64,000 nt of DNA, taken from positions 9,464-73,463 of the forward strand of contig JAJTZC010000001.1 of assembly GCA_032906705.1 (NCBI GenBank). The letters are read 5' to 3'. Origin of the DNA: Nitrososphaerales archaeon. GTDB taxonomy: Archaea; Thermoproteota; Nitrososphaeria; Nitrososphaerales; Gagatemarchaeaceae. The notes under the pieces are model-generated. The model was not told where the DNA came from, did not search any database, and worked only from the letters and a program-made list of their open reading frames with translations. This document shows positions 15,010-23,886 of this stretch, piece by piece. Position 1 is the first letter of the stretch. Every line of letters starts with the position of its first letter. The position numbers and the translations under genes were made by a program.

Positions 15010-16679
15010 AAAGCAGCGGAGTGGATAAAAGGGCCAACATACATCTTCGCGGCCGTTCGCACCAACCGAAGTATCTTTTTGTGACCGGGGGCGTGATGTC
15101 GGGCCTCGGCAAGGGCATAACCACAGCCTCTGTTGCGAAGCTGTTGCAGCTCTCCGGAGTCAGCGTGACGTGCCTCAAGATTGACCCGTACCTCAACTTC
15201 GATGCCGGGACGATGAACCCGGTCATCCACGGGGAGGTCTTCGTAACCGATGACGGCGGCGAGACAGACATGGACATAGGCACGTACGAGCGTTTCCTAA
15301 ACCTGAACATGTCCAGGGAGAACAACATCACGACTGGGCAAGTCTACAAGAAGGTCATCGAGGACGAGAGGAGGGGCAGGTTTCTCGGGAAATCAGTCCA
15401 GATAATTCCCCACGTGACAGACGAGATAAAGCGGAGAATCAGGCAGCTCGCAAAGGATTCTGTGGCGGATGTGCTGGTCGTGGAGTGCGGTGGGACGGTT
15501 GGAGACATCGAGAGCCTTCCTTTCCTGGAGGCCCTGAGGCAGATGCGGATGGAGGAGGGACCGGGGCGGACGCTGTTTCTGCACGTGAGCCTCGCACCTG
15601 AGCTTTCCGTAGTCGGCGAGATGAAGACGAAGCCCACCCAGCACAGCGTGCAGGAGATGAGGAGAATCGGAATCCAACCAGACATCATCGTGGTTCGCGG
15701 GTCGAGGCCAATCCCCGAGAGCGCGAAGGAGAAGATCTCCCTCTTCACGAGCGTGCCCCTGGAAAACGTCGTCTCGAACCCAGACGTCGATTCCATTTAC
15801 CAGGTACCCCAGCTTCTACAGCGAGAGGGGGCACTGAAGCCCATCCAGCGCCAGTTCGGACTGAAGGGAAAGCTGAGCATGACTCGCTGGAACCAGGTGG
15901 CGGACAGGTTTGCCGGACCCTCCAAGACAGTCCGAATAGCCATGGTAGGGAAGTACGCGTCGTTGGCCGATAGCTATGTCAGCGTGAACCAGGCCCTGAC
16001 CTGCGCCGCTGCGTCGTATCGAGCGAGGGCTAAGATTTCCTGGATCGAGTCGGAGGCGTTGGAAGAGGACGAAAGCGAGCTCGCCCAGCTGGACTCCTTT
16101 GACGGTTTGGTGATCCCGCAGGGGTACGGGAGCCGGGGGACGGAGGGGAAGATAGCGGCAGCGAACTACGCAAGGTTGGGGAAGCTCCCCTTCCTTGGAC
16201 TCTGCTTCGGTTTTCAGTTGGCGACGGTCGCGTTTGCAAGAAACGCGCTCGGCCTCAAGAGGGCGAACAGCTCTGAAATTGACCCCGAGACACCGCACCC
16301 CGTCATCCACCTGCTTCCAGAGCAGAGGAAGGTCTCCGAGCTTGGGGGCACGATGAGGCTTGGGGGCCACGACATCTTCCTCAAGCGACCGAGCAGGGCA
16401 TTCAGCATCTACCACAGAACCAAAATCAGGGAGAGGCACCGGCACAGGTTCGAGTTGAACCAGAGATACCTGAAACGGTTCGAAGAAAAGGGCCTCCACT
16501 ACTCAGCCTTCAGCGACGGCGGTAGGAGGGCGGAAATCCTCGAGCTGGGGGGGCACCCGTTCTACATGGGCACCCAGTTCCATCCCGAGTACGTCAGCAG
16601 ACCAGAGAAACCCGAGCCGATCTACGCGGCCTTCCTCGCTGCATGCGTGAAAAGGGCCGAGAGCGGCGTCAACAACTAG
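15003..16679 (+). CDS. pyrG: CTP synthase
   Basis: KYLFVTGGVMSGLGKGITTASVAKLL, DPYLNFDAGTMNP, and a glutamine amidotransferase domain with GLCFGFQ and HRHRFE motifs. Carries an unusual N-terminal extension of at least 16 aa. Confidence 0.95.
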   Translation: MTKSSGVDKRANIHLRGRSHQPKYLFVTGGVMSGLGKGITTASVAKLLQLSGVSVTCLKIDPYLNFDAGTMNPVIHGEVFVTDDGGETDMDIGTYERFLNLNMSRENNITTGQVYKKVIEDERRGRFLGKSVQIIPHVTDEIKRRIRQLAKDSVADVLVVECGGTVGDIESLPFLEALRQMRMEEGPGRTLFLHVSLAPELSVVGEMKTKPTQHSVQEMRRIGIQPDIIVVRGSRPIPESAKEKISLFTSVPLENVVSNPDVDSIYQVPQLLQREGALKPIQRQFGLKGKLSMTRWNQVADRFAGPSKTVRIAMVGKYASLADSYVSVNQALTCAAASYRARAKISWIESEALEEDESELAQLDSFDGLVIPQGYGSRGTEGKIAAANYARLGKLPFLGLCFGFQLATVAFARNALGLKRANSSEIDPETPHPVIHLLPEQRKVSELGGTMRLGGHDIFLKRPSRAFSIYHRTKIRERHRHRFELNQRYLKRFEEKGLHYSAFSDGGRRAEILELGGHPFYMGTQFHPEYVSRPEKPEPIYAAFLAACVKRAESGVNN

Positions 16680-16694
16680 GAAGCCGCGGAGAAC

Positions 16695-17630
16695 CTAGCG
16701 CGATGAGTACAGTCTCGCCACCTTTACCGCGAGGTCCGCAACGCTTGCTGGGCTAGCCCCGAACAGGTACACATTGGGCTCGACGCCCATCCCGCCGGAA
16801 TCGATGACGGCATCGAAGTCTCCCCTTGCACCGCTCAACCTCCGCTTCAGGGCTTCAACTGCGCCATCCCCTGGACCGGACTGCCGGTAACCTCCGATGT
16901 CGAGGGTCCGCAGGCCGAGCTTCCTGAGAACCGCCTTGACCTTACCGTCGTACCGCAGATTGACGGTCGCACGAACATCTTGGCGACGCGCCTTGACCAG
17001 CAGCAGGACCTTGGCCATGTGTCTCGATGCTCCGAACTCGGGAGGAAGCATGGCTTTGGCAGCTCGCTTGACCTTAACAATCCTTCCAGGCACGGCGACG
17101 ACATCGTCGGGCGTGCGAGAATCCTCCGGAGCGTATGCAATGTTTACCGAGACCTCGGGCATGACAGCCACAAATGCCTTGGATGACTCGAGCACACTTA
17201 CGGCGTCCTTCACCTGGGCTATGGCCCCAGACCTGTCGCCATCGCTCTCTCCGTACTCCTTGATGCAAACATCGCACTGCGCCAGCGAGGGATGGAGCCT
17301 TCTATGCGCCTCGCAGACCAACCCTCGGCCTAGCAGACTCCTCCAGATTGAGCCAAGAGTGCTGACGGCTTCCACGGAGCTTCGCTTGACATCCTCAGCC
17401 AGCAAGGCCGCGTACCTGTCGACATCATCTCTGCCAAGGGCCAAGGTCGCCAGCGCTGAGTAGGCCTTCTCAGCCTTGGACGAAAGGTAGAGGCTCACCG
17501 ACGCCTGCGTCGTGCCGAGCATGCCGGAGATCTGACTTTGTGAATGGCCCTGGGAGCTTAGCACCTTCGCGACCAGCTGCCTCATTGAAGGGAGGAAGAC
17601 CTGGACCATCAGTTCGTCGGGAGGCTGCAA
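16695..17630 (-). CDS. thiR: HTH plus ThiN-like domain protein (ThiR-type thiamine regulator)
   Basis: N-terminal HTH (SQSQISGMLGTTQASVSLYLS). C-terminal ThiN-like block is MPEVSVNIAYAPE...DVVAVPGRIV...GASRHMAKVLL...NLRYD...DSGGMGVEPNVYLFG. Confidence 0.7.
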   Translation of the reverse strand: MQPPDELMVQVFLPSMRQLVAKVLSSQGHSQSQISGMLGTTQASVSLYLSSKAEKAYSALATLALGRDDVDRYAALLAEDVKRSSVEAVSTLGSIWRSLLGRGLVCEAHRRLHPSLAQCDVCIKEYGESDGDRSGAIAQVKDAVSVLESSKAFVAVMPEVSVNIAYAPEDSRTPDDVVAVPGRIVKVKRAAKAMLPPEFGASRHMAKVLLLVKARRQDVRATVNLRYDGKVKAVLRKLGLRTLDIGGYRQSGPGDGAVEALKRRLSGARGDFDAVIDSGGMGVEPNVYLFGASPASVADLAVKVARLYSSR

Positions 17631-17633
17631 CGC

Positions 17634-17658
17634 ATAAACGACTTATTGAGTCGTTTAT
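17634..17658. promoter_or_regulatory. perfect 10-bp inverted repeat ATAAACGACT-N5-AGTCGTTTAT overlapping a shared TTTATAA box between thiR and thiT
   Basis: Read directly from the sequence. TTTATAA (17654-17660) lies 24 nt from the thiR TTG (17630) and 25 nt from the thiT ATG (17685). Confidence 0.55.
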
Positions 17659-17684
17659 AAGGCTGACAAGGGCAGAGAATCCTC

Positions 17685-18230
17685 ATGAACGGTCGGATTC
17701 CAACAAGGGTCCTCGCGGAGGCAGGCGTGATGATCGCTCTTGCTACAGCCCTCAACGCAATCAAGGTCTTCACGTTTCCGGAGGGAGGCTCGATTACGCT
17801 TGGGGCGATGGTCCCCCTCCTCTTCTTCGCCCTGAGGAGAGGCGCCAAGGCGGGCGTCGTGGGGGGCGCGGTGTTCGGTATCATCGATGTGTACTTCGAG
17901 CCCTTCGTCTACAACCCTTTCCAGTTCCTCCTCGACTACCCTCTCGCCTTCGGCGCGTTGGGACTCGCAGGTTTGTTCAAGGGTCGATGGGAAGGCCGGG
18001 GGCCGCAAGGTCTGGTCACTGTAATCGGGGTGGCGGCAGGAATCGCAGGCCGTTACTGCTTCCACTTTCTTTCCGGGCTGGTCTTCTTCGCGAGCTATGC
18101 CCCAGCAGGCGAGAGCCCCGCCCTCTACTCGGCCATCTACAATGCGAGCTATCTCATCCCCGAATTCGTCATCAGCGCGGCTGTCATCTTCGCATTGGCG
18201 AACAGAGGGGCTCTGAAGACAGCCCTCTGA
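17685..18230 (+). CDS. thiT: thiamine transporter ThiT (ECF S-component family)
   Basis: Close motif match to ThiT: VPLLFFALRRGAKAGVVGGAVFGII, LLDYPLAFGALGLAGLF, YCFHFLSGLVFFASYA. Confidence 0.8.
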   Translation: MNGRIPTRVLAEAGVMIALATALNAIKVFTFPEGGSITLGAMVPLLFFALRRGAKAGVVGGAVFGIIDVYFEPFVYNPFQFLLDYPLAFGALGLAGLFKGRWEGRGPQGLVTVIGVAAGIAGRYCFHFLSGLVFFASYAPAGESPALYSAIYNASYLIPEFVISAAVIFALANRGALKTAL

Positions 18231-18245
18231 GGGCCCAAGGAAGAG

Positions 18246-19328
18246 GTGATTGGCGAAACGAGGGAACCTGACATGAGCATGAACGAATATGGGAAGCCAG
18301 GGCCCGACTTCATGAAGCGAGTAGTCTTCAACAGCCTAGGCGCAAGCGACCGGAGGACAATCAAGGGCCCCGGGAGAGGGTTGGACAACGCGGTGGTTGC
18401 GGTTGGGAGAACCGGCGTGATGCTGATCACAACCGACCCCATGTCCGTGATACCAGCGGTCGGGATGGAAAGGTCTGCCTGGCTGAGCGTCCACCTCGTG
18501 GCTTCGGACTACACCACGTCTGGCCTAAGACCAGAGTTCGCCGCGTTCAATTTCAACTTCCCCGACGAGATGCGGACGAGCGACAGGGCCTGGTATCTCA
18601 GGTGCGTCGGAACGGAATGCCAGAAGCTGGGAGTCTCGATAGTGGCGGGTCACACAGGGAGCTACCCGGGAGCAGGCTACACAGTGATTGGCGGGGGTGC
18701 GATGTTCGGCTTTGGCAGCCGCGGAGAGTACCTGGATCCCACGATGGCGCGGGTTGGGGACACAATCTTGATGACCAAGGGGGCGGCCATCGAGGCAACA
18801 GCCACTCTCGCCTTCTCTTTCCCTAGGTACGTGGAAAGGGAGGCAGGGGGAGTCGTCTTGCGCGGGGCCAAACGTTTCATCGGTCTATGCTCCACGGTCA
18901 GGGACGCCGCGCTCGCCAGCTCCTTCGGCAAAGGGCCTAGTGGAGTCACCTCCATGCACGACGCGACCGAGGGAGGCGTCTTGGGAGCACTAGAGGAAGT
19001 GGCATCCGCGAGCGGCAAAGCGTTCGTGGTCGATAGGGAGACTGTTCACGTCCCGCCAGAGTCGGAGGCTGTTTGCGGCGCTTTCAAGATCGACCCACTC
19101 ACCTCCCTCAGCGAGGGCACCCTGCTACTTACGTGCAATGAATCTAGGGCCGAAGGACTGGCGAAGAGGCTTCGCAGGGACGGTGTGCCTGCGTTCGTGA
19201 TCGGCCGAGTCAGGCAGGGAAGAGGCCTCTGGATGTCGGAAGGCGGAAGAACGCCCAGAAGGTTAAGGCCGAAGCCTGACCAGTACTGGAAAGCGTACAT
19301 GCTTGCGACAGAATCAGGGCTGAGTTAA
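18246..19328 (+). CDS. AIR-synthase-related (PurM/HypE/ThiL superfamily) protein, HypE-like but lacking the C-terminal Cys
   Basis: GLDNAVVAVG..MLITTDP, VSIVAGHTG, HDATEGGVLGALEE and SEGTLLL motifs. Ends ...ATESGLS with no PRIC-type terminus. Confidence 0.7.
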   Translation: MIGETREPDMSMNEYGKPGPDFMKRVVFNSLGASDRRTIKGPGRGLDNAVVAVGRTGVMLITTDPMSVIPAVGMERSAWLSVHLVASDYTTSGLRPEFAAFNFNFPDEMRTSDRAWYLRCVGTECQKLGVSIVAGHTGSYPGAGYTVIGGGAMFGFGSRGEYLDPTMARVGDTILMTKGAAIEATATLAFSFPRYVEREAGGVVLRGAKRFIGLCSTVRDAALASSFGKGPSGVTSMHDATEGGVLGALEEVASASGKAFVVDRETVHVPPESEAVCGAFKIDPLTSLSEGTLLLTCNESRAEGLAKRLRRDGVPAFVIGRVRQGRGLWMSEGGRTPRRLRPKPDQYWKAYMLATESGLS

Positions 19329-20269
19329 GCTCGCTTTCCGCTCAGCACGCGATAAAGCATCCTACGGAACAACTCCTGTGAGGATACGTAAACGGCCGAG
19401 ACGTTCGTTCTTCGACCCAGGACGTTCATCCGATCAACGATCGTAGCCCCCCTCGACACGCCGTCGGAGGTGTCAACGGACACAAATCTCTTCCTGACTT
19501 CGACGGCTACCCGAGGGTTCAGCACAATCGCCATCGTCATGCTGTCAGGGCAGTTCGTCGCGTCAATCCCCGTGGTCTCCCTCATGTACCTCCTGACTTG
19601 AGCGTTCACCGCGAGGAAGAACTCTGATTCGGGCGTTTCCATGGCCTCGATCTTCGCGTATTCCGGCGCGCCTATCAGGCCGTACTTCATGCATATCTCC
19701 CAGCCAACCATCGTGGTCGGCATCCCCGAATCGAGCACGATCTTGGCAGCCTCGGGGTCCACCCAGATGTTGAACTCTGCAGCAGGCGTGACGTTCCCCG
19801 GATAGTGGTTCGTACCCCCCATGAAGTGGAAGCGCTTCACCTTCTTGGCAATCGAGGGGTCCTTCCGTATCGCTAGCGCAAGGTTTGTCATGGGCGCGAT
19901 CTCCACGAGGGTGATCTCGCCCGGCTCCGAGTTGATGGTCTCCACAATTGCGTCCGCCGCGTGCTTCTTCTCCGGACGTTGCCTCGCCTTGGGGAAGTGG
20001 GAGTCGCCCATCCCATACTTGCCGTGGATATGCTCTACGGTGGTCCATTCCTTCACTATGGGGTGCCTCGCGCCAGGGTAGACCGGAACCTTCTCTGACA
20101 TCCCGGCGACCTGAATGGTGTACAGGGCGTTCTCCACCTCCTGGTCGAACCTGATGTTGCCGCAGTTGATTGTGATTCCTTCGAGCTTCGCATTGGCAGC
20201 CCTGAGCGCCATCATAATGGCAATTGTGTCGTCGCCCGCTGTGTCCGTGTCAAGAAGAATCTTCAGCAT
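19325..20269 (-). CDS. inosine/uridine-preferring nucleoside hydrolase
   Basis: N-terminal ILLDTDTAGDDTIAIMMAL (DxDxxxDD) motif. Length 314 aa. Confidence 0.85.
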   Translation of the reverse strand: MLKILLDTDTAGDDTIAIMMALRAANAKLEGITINCGNIRFDQEVENALYTIQVAGMSEKVPVYPGARHPIVKEWTTVEHIHGKYGMGDSHFPKARQRPEKKHAADAIVETINSEPGEITLVEIAPMTNLALAIRKDPSIAKKVKRFHFMGGTNHYPGNVTPAAEFNIWVDPEAAKIVLDSGMPTTMVGWEICMKYGLIGAPEYAKIEAMETPESEFFLAVNAQVRRYMRETTGIDATNCPDSMTMAIVLNPRVAVEVRKRFVSVDTSDGVSRGATIVDRMNVLGRRTNVSAVYVSSQELFRRMLYRVLSGKRA

Positions 20270-20366
20270 GGGGCGTATCAGTTGAATCGTCGTAATAAGC
20301 CCGCCCGATTCGCTGCTGGCCTCTCAAATAGGCGGCAGTGGGCTCCTCCTGCTTGGGGCGAGGCGG

Positions 20367-21254
20367 TTGTCTTCATCAGAACGGGCGGCAAGGGTACTGA
20401 AGTCCCTGAAGGCAGAGGAATGGAAGGCTCTGGAGGGCCTCGAACGTGCCTTGATGGCGTACGGAACGGCCGACAGCGGGATGGTCTCGCGGCGCAGCAG
20501 AGTGCCGCACGAGAGGACCCTCTTCGCGCTCGACCAGCTTGGCAAGAAAGGCTTGGTTGCGGGCAGGGGAACGAACTACACTCTGACGACGGAGGCAGTC
20601 GAGACCCTGGCCCTCCGCGACTACGTCAGGAAAGACCTCATCTCGGCGTTGGGCGCAGTAATCGCGAAGGGGAAGGAGTCCGATGTATACGAAACCTTCG
20701 ACGACGAGGGCTCGTTGTTCGCACTGAAGTTCTTCAAGCTCGGGAGGACGAGCTTCACTCGCGTGCGCAAGAAGAGGTTCATTGAGAAATCCGACATGAA
20801 GAGCTGGATCACGGTCAACTATGAGGCGGCGAGGAGGGAATACGGCGCCCTGAAGAGGCTGCGTGGGCTGGGGCCGTCGTTCCCGAAAGCGGTTGCTTTC
20901 AACAGGAGCACCGTCCTCTTGGAAGAGTTATCGGGCGTCAGGCTCACGCAGCGCCCCGACTTGGACGACCCGCGGGCTGTCCTTGACCTGTGTTTGCTCG
21001 CTGCGAGGAAGGCATTTGTCGATGCAGGGCTCGTGAACGGGGACTTGAGCGAGTACAACATCCTCACAGACGGTCTGAGGGTCTGGCTCATCGACTGGCC
21101 CCAAGCAGTCCTGTCTTCTCATCCTAACTCGACCGACCTCCTTCATCATGATGTGACTGCAGTCGTTAGGTTCTTTCGAAGGGCCTATGGGGTCGCGGTC
21201 GATGAAGAGGCGGCTTTTTCCTATGTCCGCGGCCAGTCGAGCTCGCTAGAATAG
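20367..21254 (+). CDS. rio2: RIO-type serine kinase Rio2 (N-terminal wHTH plus RIO domain)
   Basis: GKESDVYE, GDLSEYNIL and LIDWPQAV motifs. TTG start. Confidence 0.85.
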   Translation: MSSSERAARVLKSLKAEEWKALEGLERALMAYGTADSGMVSRRSRVPHERTLFALDQLGKKGLVAGRGTNYTLTTEAVETLALRDYVRKDLISALGAVIAKGKESDVYETFDDEGSLFALKFFKLGRTSFTRVRKKRFIEKSDMKSWITVNYEAARREYGALKRLRGLGPSFPKAVAFNRSTVLLEELSGVRLTQRPDLDDPRAVLDLCLLAARKAFVDAGLVNGDLSEYNILTDGLRVWLIDWPQAVLSSHPNSTDLLHHDVTAVVRFFRRAYGVAVDEEAAFSYVRGQSSSLE

Positions 21255-22457
21255 AGTGACCTTCCCGCTCAGGATGAGGTTCGTTATCCTCTTCACATTG
21301 GAGAAGGATTCGTCTAGGATGGAGTTCACGTCACTCCTGACAGCTGACAGAGGAACGCCGTTCTCCAGCACCAACGCAGCGCTGGCGATTTGGGGCTGGT
21401 CAATCGGGCTCCCAATCCTGCTTAGCACCCTGACGTAGCACTCCCTGACAGGGTGAACCTCTCTAACTATCCGCTCGGCCGCGAGTATTGCTAGTGCGTT
21501 GAACAGTTTCCCCGTGTGGTTGACGGGGTTCTTTCCGGCCGTCGCCTCCATCGAATACTGCCGCATGGGAGAAATCAGCCCGTTCACCCTGTTCCCTCTG
21601 CCCGTGTTCCCGTCGTCACCCTGCTCAGCAGAAGTCCCGGTGACAGTCAAGTAGTAGCTCCCGTGTTTGAGGTCGTCCGCGGCGTTGATCTTCGTCTTCA
21701 CCTCCAGCGGAGATTTCGACGTCTTCCTTTCAATCTCGTCCGCGACGTCGTGCAGCACGCTGGCGTAGTGGCTGGCGTCAGGAATCTTGCCGCTGACCAT
21801 CGCTGCGGCGACGGTGAGGCTGAGCTTCCTTCCGCGCCTCAGGCCCATGACCTTCACGTCTTCGCCGACCTCCGGGTACTTCTTCTTGAAAGAATGCGAG
21901 TTGAGTAGTCTCTCTACCCCAAGGACCTCCTTTTCCGTTGGTGAAAGTGGCGCGTAGCCCACGCCAATCGAGGTGTCGTTTGAGACGGGCATGATCTTGC
22001 GTCGCATGAAGACAGCCACCAGGTCGGGGGAGCCCTGCTTGATCATGGTCGATATCCTGACGTGCTTTTCGGGGTCGAGGAATCTGACCGTCTGCTTGAT
22101 GAATGACCTGATTGACCGGACGGCTATCTTCTCGACCGGTACCTTGACCGTCTTCCCGCGCAGAGGCACAAGCTCTGTGGCCCGGCCGGCGACGAGCAGG
22201 TAGATCGGCTCAACGACCCGGCCCCCTCCGAAACGAACCTCGGCCTTGCCACCGACAAGGATGCCCTTGTCCACGTTGTGGTGGAGGATTGCACCGAACT
22301 CCTTGCGGTAGTACTTGCTCAGCCCGCGAGATACTGCCTCGGAGGCGCCGTCGATCAGGCTGTCGGGGTGGCCCTGCCCCTTTCGCTCGACGATCTCGAC
22401 ATCAAAGTCCTGAACTCCGTAGCCTTTGATCTGCTCCACGTGAAGCGACCTGGGCAA
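21246..22457 (-). CDS. mat: archaeal-type S-adenosylmethionine synthetase
   Basis: EIVERKGQGHPDSLIDGASEAVSRGLSKYY and overall 403-aa archaeal MAT pattern. Confidence 0.9.
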   Translation of the reverse strand: MPRSLHVEQIKGYGVQDFDVEIVERKGQGHPDSLIDGASEAVSRGLSKYYRKEFGAILHHNVDKGILVGGKAEVRFGGGRVVEPIYLLVAGRATELVPLRGKTVKVPVEKIAVRSIRSFIKQTVRFLDPEKHVRISTMIKQGSPDLVAVFMRRKIMPVSNDTSIGVGYAPLSPTEKEVLGVERLLNSHSFKKKYPEVGEDVKVMGLRRGRKLSLTVAAAMVSGKIPDASHYASVLHDVADEIERKTSKSPLEVKTKINAADDLKHGSYYLTVTGTSAEQGDDGNTGRGNRVNGLISPMRQYSMEATAGKNPVNHTGKLFNALAILAAERIVREVHPVRECYVRVLSRIGSPIDQPQIASAALVLENGVPLSAVRSDVNSILDESFSNVKRITNLILSGKVTLF

Positions 22458-22471
22458 GCGGGAGGGAGCTC

Positions 22472-22720
22472 CTAGAGTCTGTCCTCTATCCTGATGTAGA
22501 GGACGTTGTTCCCCCGTATCACGACCTTGCCGTAGTTCGCGATCTTCGACCCGTTCTCGGACTCTTCAGCGTCGACAAGGATGACGTTCATGTAGGGGTC
22601 CACATTGGACATCTTTCCCCTGTACTCGAGTTCGCTCTTGAGCCGGACCGAGACCTGCTTGTTGGTCGCTTTCTGAAGGACGCTTAGAGGGCGCTTAGCC
22701 TGCGGCGGGGGATTGCTCAC
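22472..22720 (-). CDS. Sm-like (LSm/SmAP) RNA-binding protein
   Basis: Sm1/Sm2 pattern: VSVRLKSELEYRGKMSNVDPYMNVILVDAEE...VVIRGNNVLYI. Confidence 0.85.
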   Translation of the reverse strand: MSNPPPQAKRPLSVLQKATNKQVSVRLKSELEYRGKMSNVDPYMNVILVDAEESENGSKIANYGKVVIRGNNVLYIRIEDRL

Positions 22721-22750
22721 GTCGGCCTTTCGAGCGGGCTCGCTTTCGGG

Positions 22751-22780
22751 GATAAAAGGATATGGGGTTCACTAATAAAA
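22751..22780. promoter_or_regulatory. two TATA-like boxes serving the divergent Sm-like and radB genes
   Basis: GATAAAAGG (22751-22759, reverse sense CCTTTTATC) lies about 31 nt from the Sm start at 22720. TAATAAAA (22773-22780) lies 26 nt from the radB ATG at 22806. Confidence 0.4.
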
Positions 22781-22805
22781 GAAGAGCAAAGGAATACTGC
22801 GAGCC

Positions 22806-23516
22806 ATGACCTTGAAGATGACGGGAGGCGAAGCGTTGAAAAGACTCGCGTCGCTGCCATCATTCAGCTCGGGCTCGAAGGGGTTCGACCAGATTTTGGG
22901 CGGTGGGCTGAGGTCCGGCCGCGTCGTGGAGGTCTTCGGCAAGAGCAACTCGGGAAAGACCCAGTTGGCAATGCAGGCGACACTGATGGTCGCGGGGGCC
23001 GGGCGGACGGCGGTCTTCATCGACTGCGAGGGGACGTTCAGGCCTGAGAGGGTGGAGAGGATGGCCAAGGCGAGGGGGCAGGACGTGCGAGGGCTCCTGG
23101 ACAGAATCGAGTACTTGAGGGTCAGGACCGCAGCGGCCCAGGCCGACGCGGTGCGCGCTCTCGCCAAGAGTAAGGAGACGAGCCAGGCCGTGCTGGTCGT
23201 CCTGGACACGTTCACCAGGAACTTCTCACTGGACTACCCAGGAAGGGCGAATCTCCCGCGCAGGCAGGGGGCCCTCGACGTCCACCTGAGCGAGATCGCG
23301 AGAGACGCATTCCTGAACGGACGAGCCTACCTGCTCGCGAACAGGGTCACGTTCTCTCAGACCGCAGGGGAGACGAGGATCGGAGGGAGGACGATGGAAC
23401 AGCTGGTCCACATGTCTCTCCATCTCGAAAGGGACAGGGGCGAGACGAAGATCACGGACGTTTCGGACGGAAGGTCATTGAGCCTTGGGACGATCAGCGA
23501 CCGCGGGTTCGACTGA
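22806..23516 (+). CDS. radB: RadA paralog (RadB-like recombinase)
   Basis: FDQILGGGLRSGRVVEVFGKSNSGKTQLAMQ (Walker A) and FIDCEGTFRPERVERMA. 236 aa with no HhH N-domain. Confidence 0.75.
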   Translation: MTLKMTGGEALKRLASLPSFSSGSKGFDQILGGGLRSGRVVEVFGKSNSGKTQLAMQATLMVAGAGRTAVFIDCEGTFRPERVERMAKARGQDVRGLLDRIEYLRVRTAAAQADAVRALAKSKETSQAVLVVLDTFTRNFSLDYPGRANLPRRQGALDVHLSEIARDAFLNGRAYLLANRVTFSQTAGETRIGGRTMEQLVHMSLHLERDRGETKITDVSDGRSLSLGTISDRGFD

Positions 23517-23577
23517 TGATGGCCGCAAAGTTGGGAGCCTTAAATAACTTGGAATCGTCGCGGAAACGAGCGGAGCC

Positions 23578-23886
23578 GTGAACGAAGCAGTCGCGTCTGT
23601 CCTTGAATCCCTGAAGAAGTCTGATTTGGAAGAAGCGAAGAAGAAGGTGGAGCTCCTGCTGGCCCAAGCAAAGACCGAGAGAGAAAAGGGGAGCGTCCTG
23701 GCCGCTGCGGGGATTCTTGCCAGCCTTTCAAAGGGGAAGGAGGGAGGAATGCAGAACTGGGACCAGGAGAAGCTTGTGAGGGCTGCCCAGTCGATAAGGA
23801 AGAGCCAGATGTCGGACGACTGGGACGTGGGCTACGCTGACACGTTGCTGGGATACGTCAAGCTGCTAAAGAAGGGTCAGAAGTAG
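23578..23886 (+). CDS. hypothetical helical protein
   Basis: 102-aa GTG-start ORF. No family recognised. Confidence 0.4.
   Translation: MNEAVASVLESLKKSDLEEAKKKVELLLAQAKTEREKGSVLAAAGILASLSKGKEGGMQNWDQEKLVRAAQSIRKSQMSDDWDVGYADTLLGYVKLLKKGQK

Noticed and set aside
18246-19328. HypE (hydrogenase maturation) annotation for the PurM-like protein
   Set aside because: The C-terminal Cys-containing tail essential for HypE is absent. No hyp or hydrogenase genes are in the neighbourhood, and the context is thiamine transport and regulation.
23513-23577. CTGATGA (C-box-like) at the radB stop, in a 61-nt intergenic spacer; possible C/D box sRNA
   Set aside because: There is no downstream D box (CTGA) or C'/D' pair in the spacer. 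The TGATGA is simply tandem stop codons.
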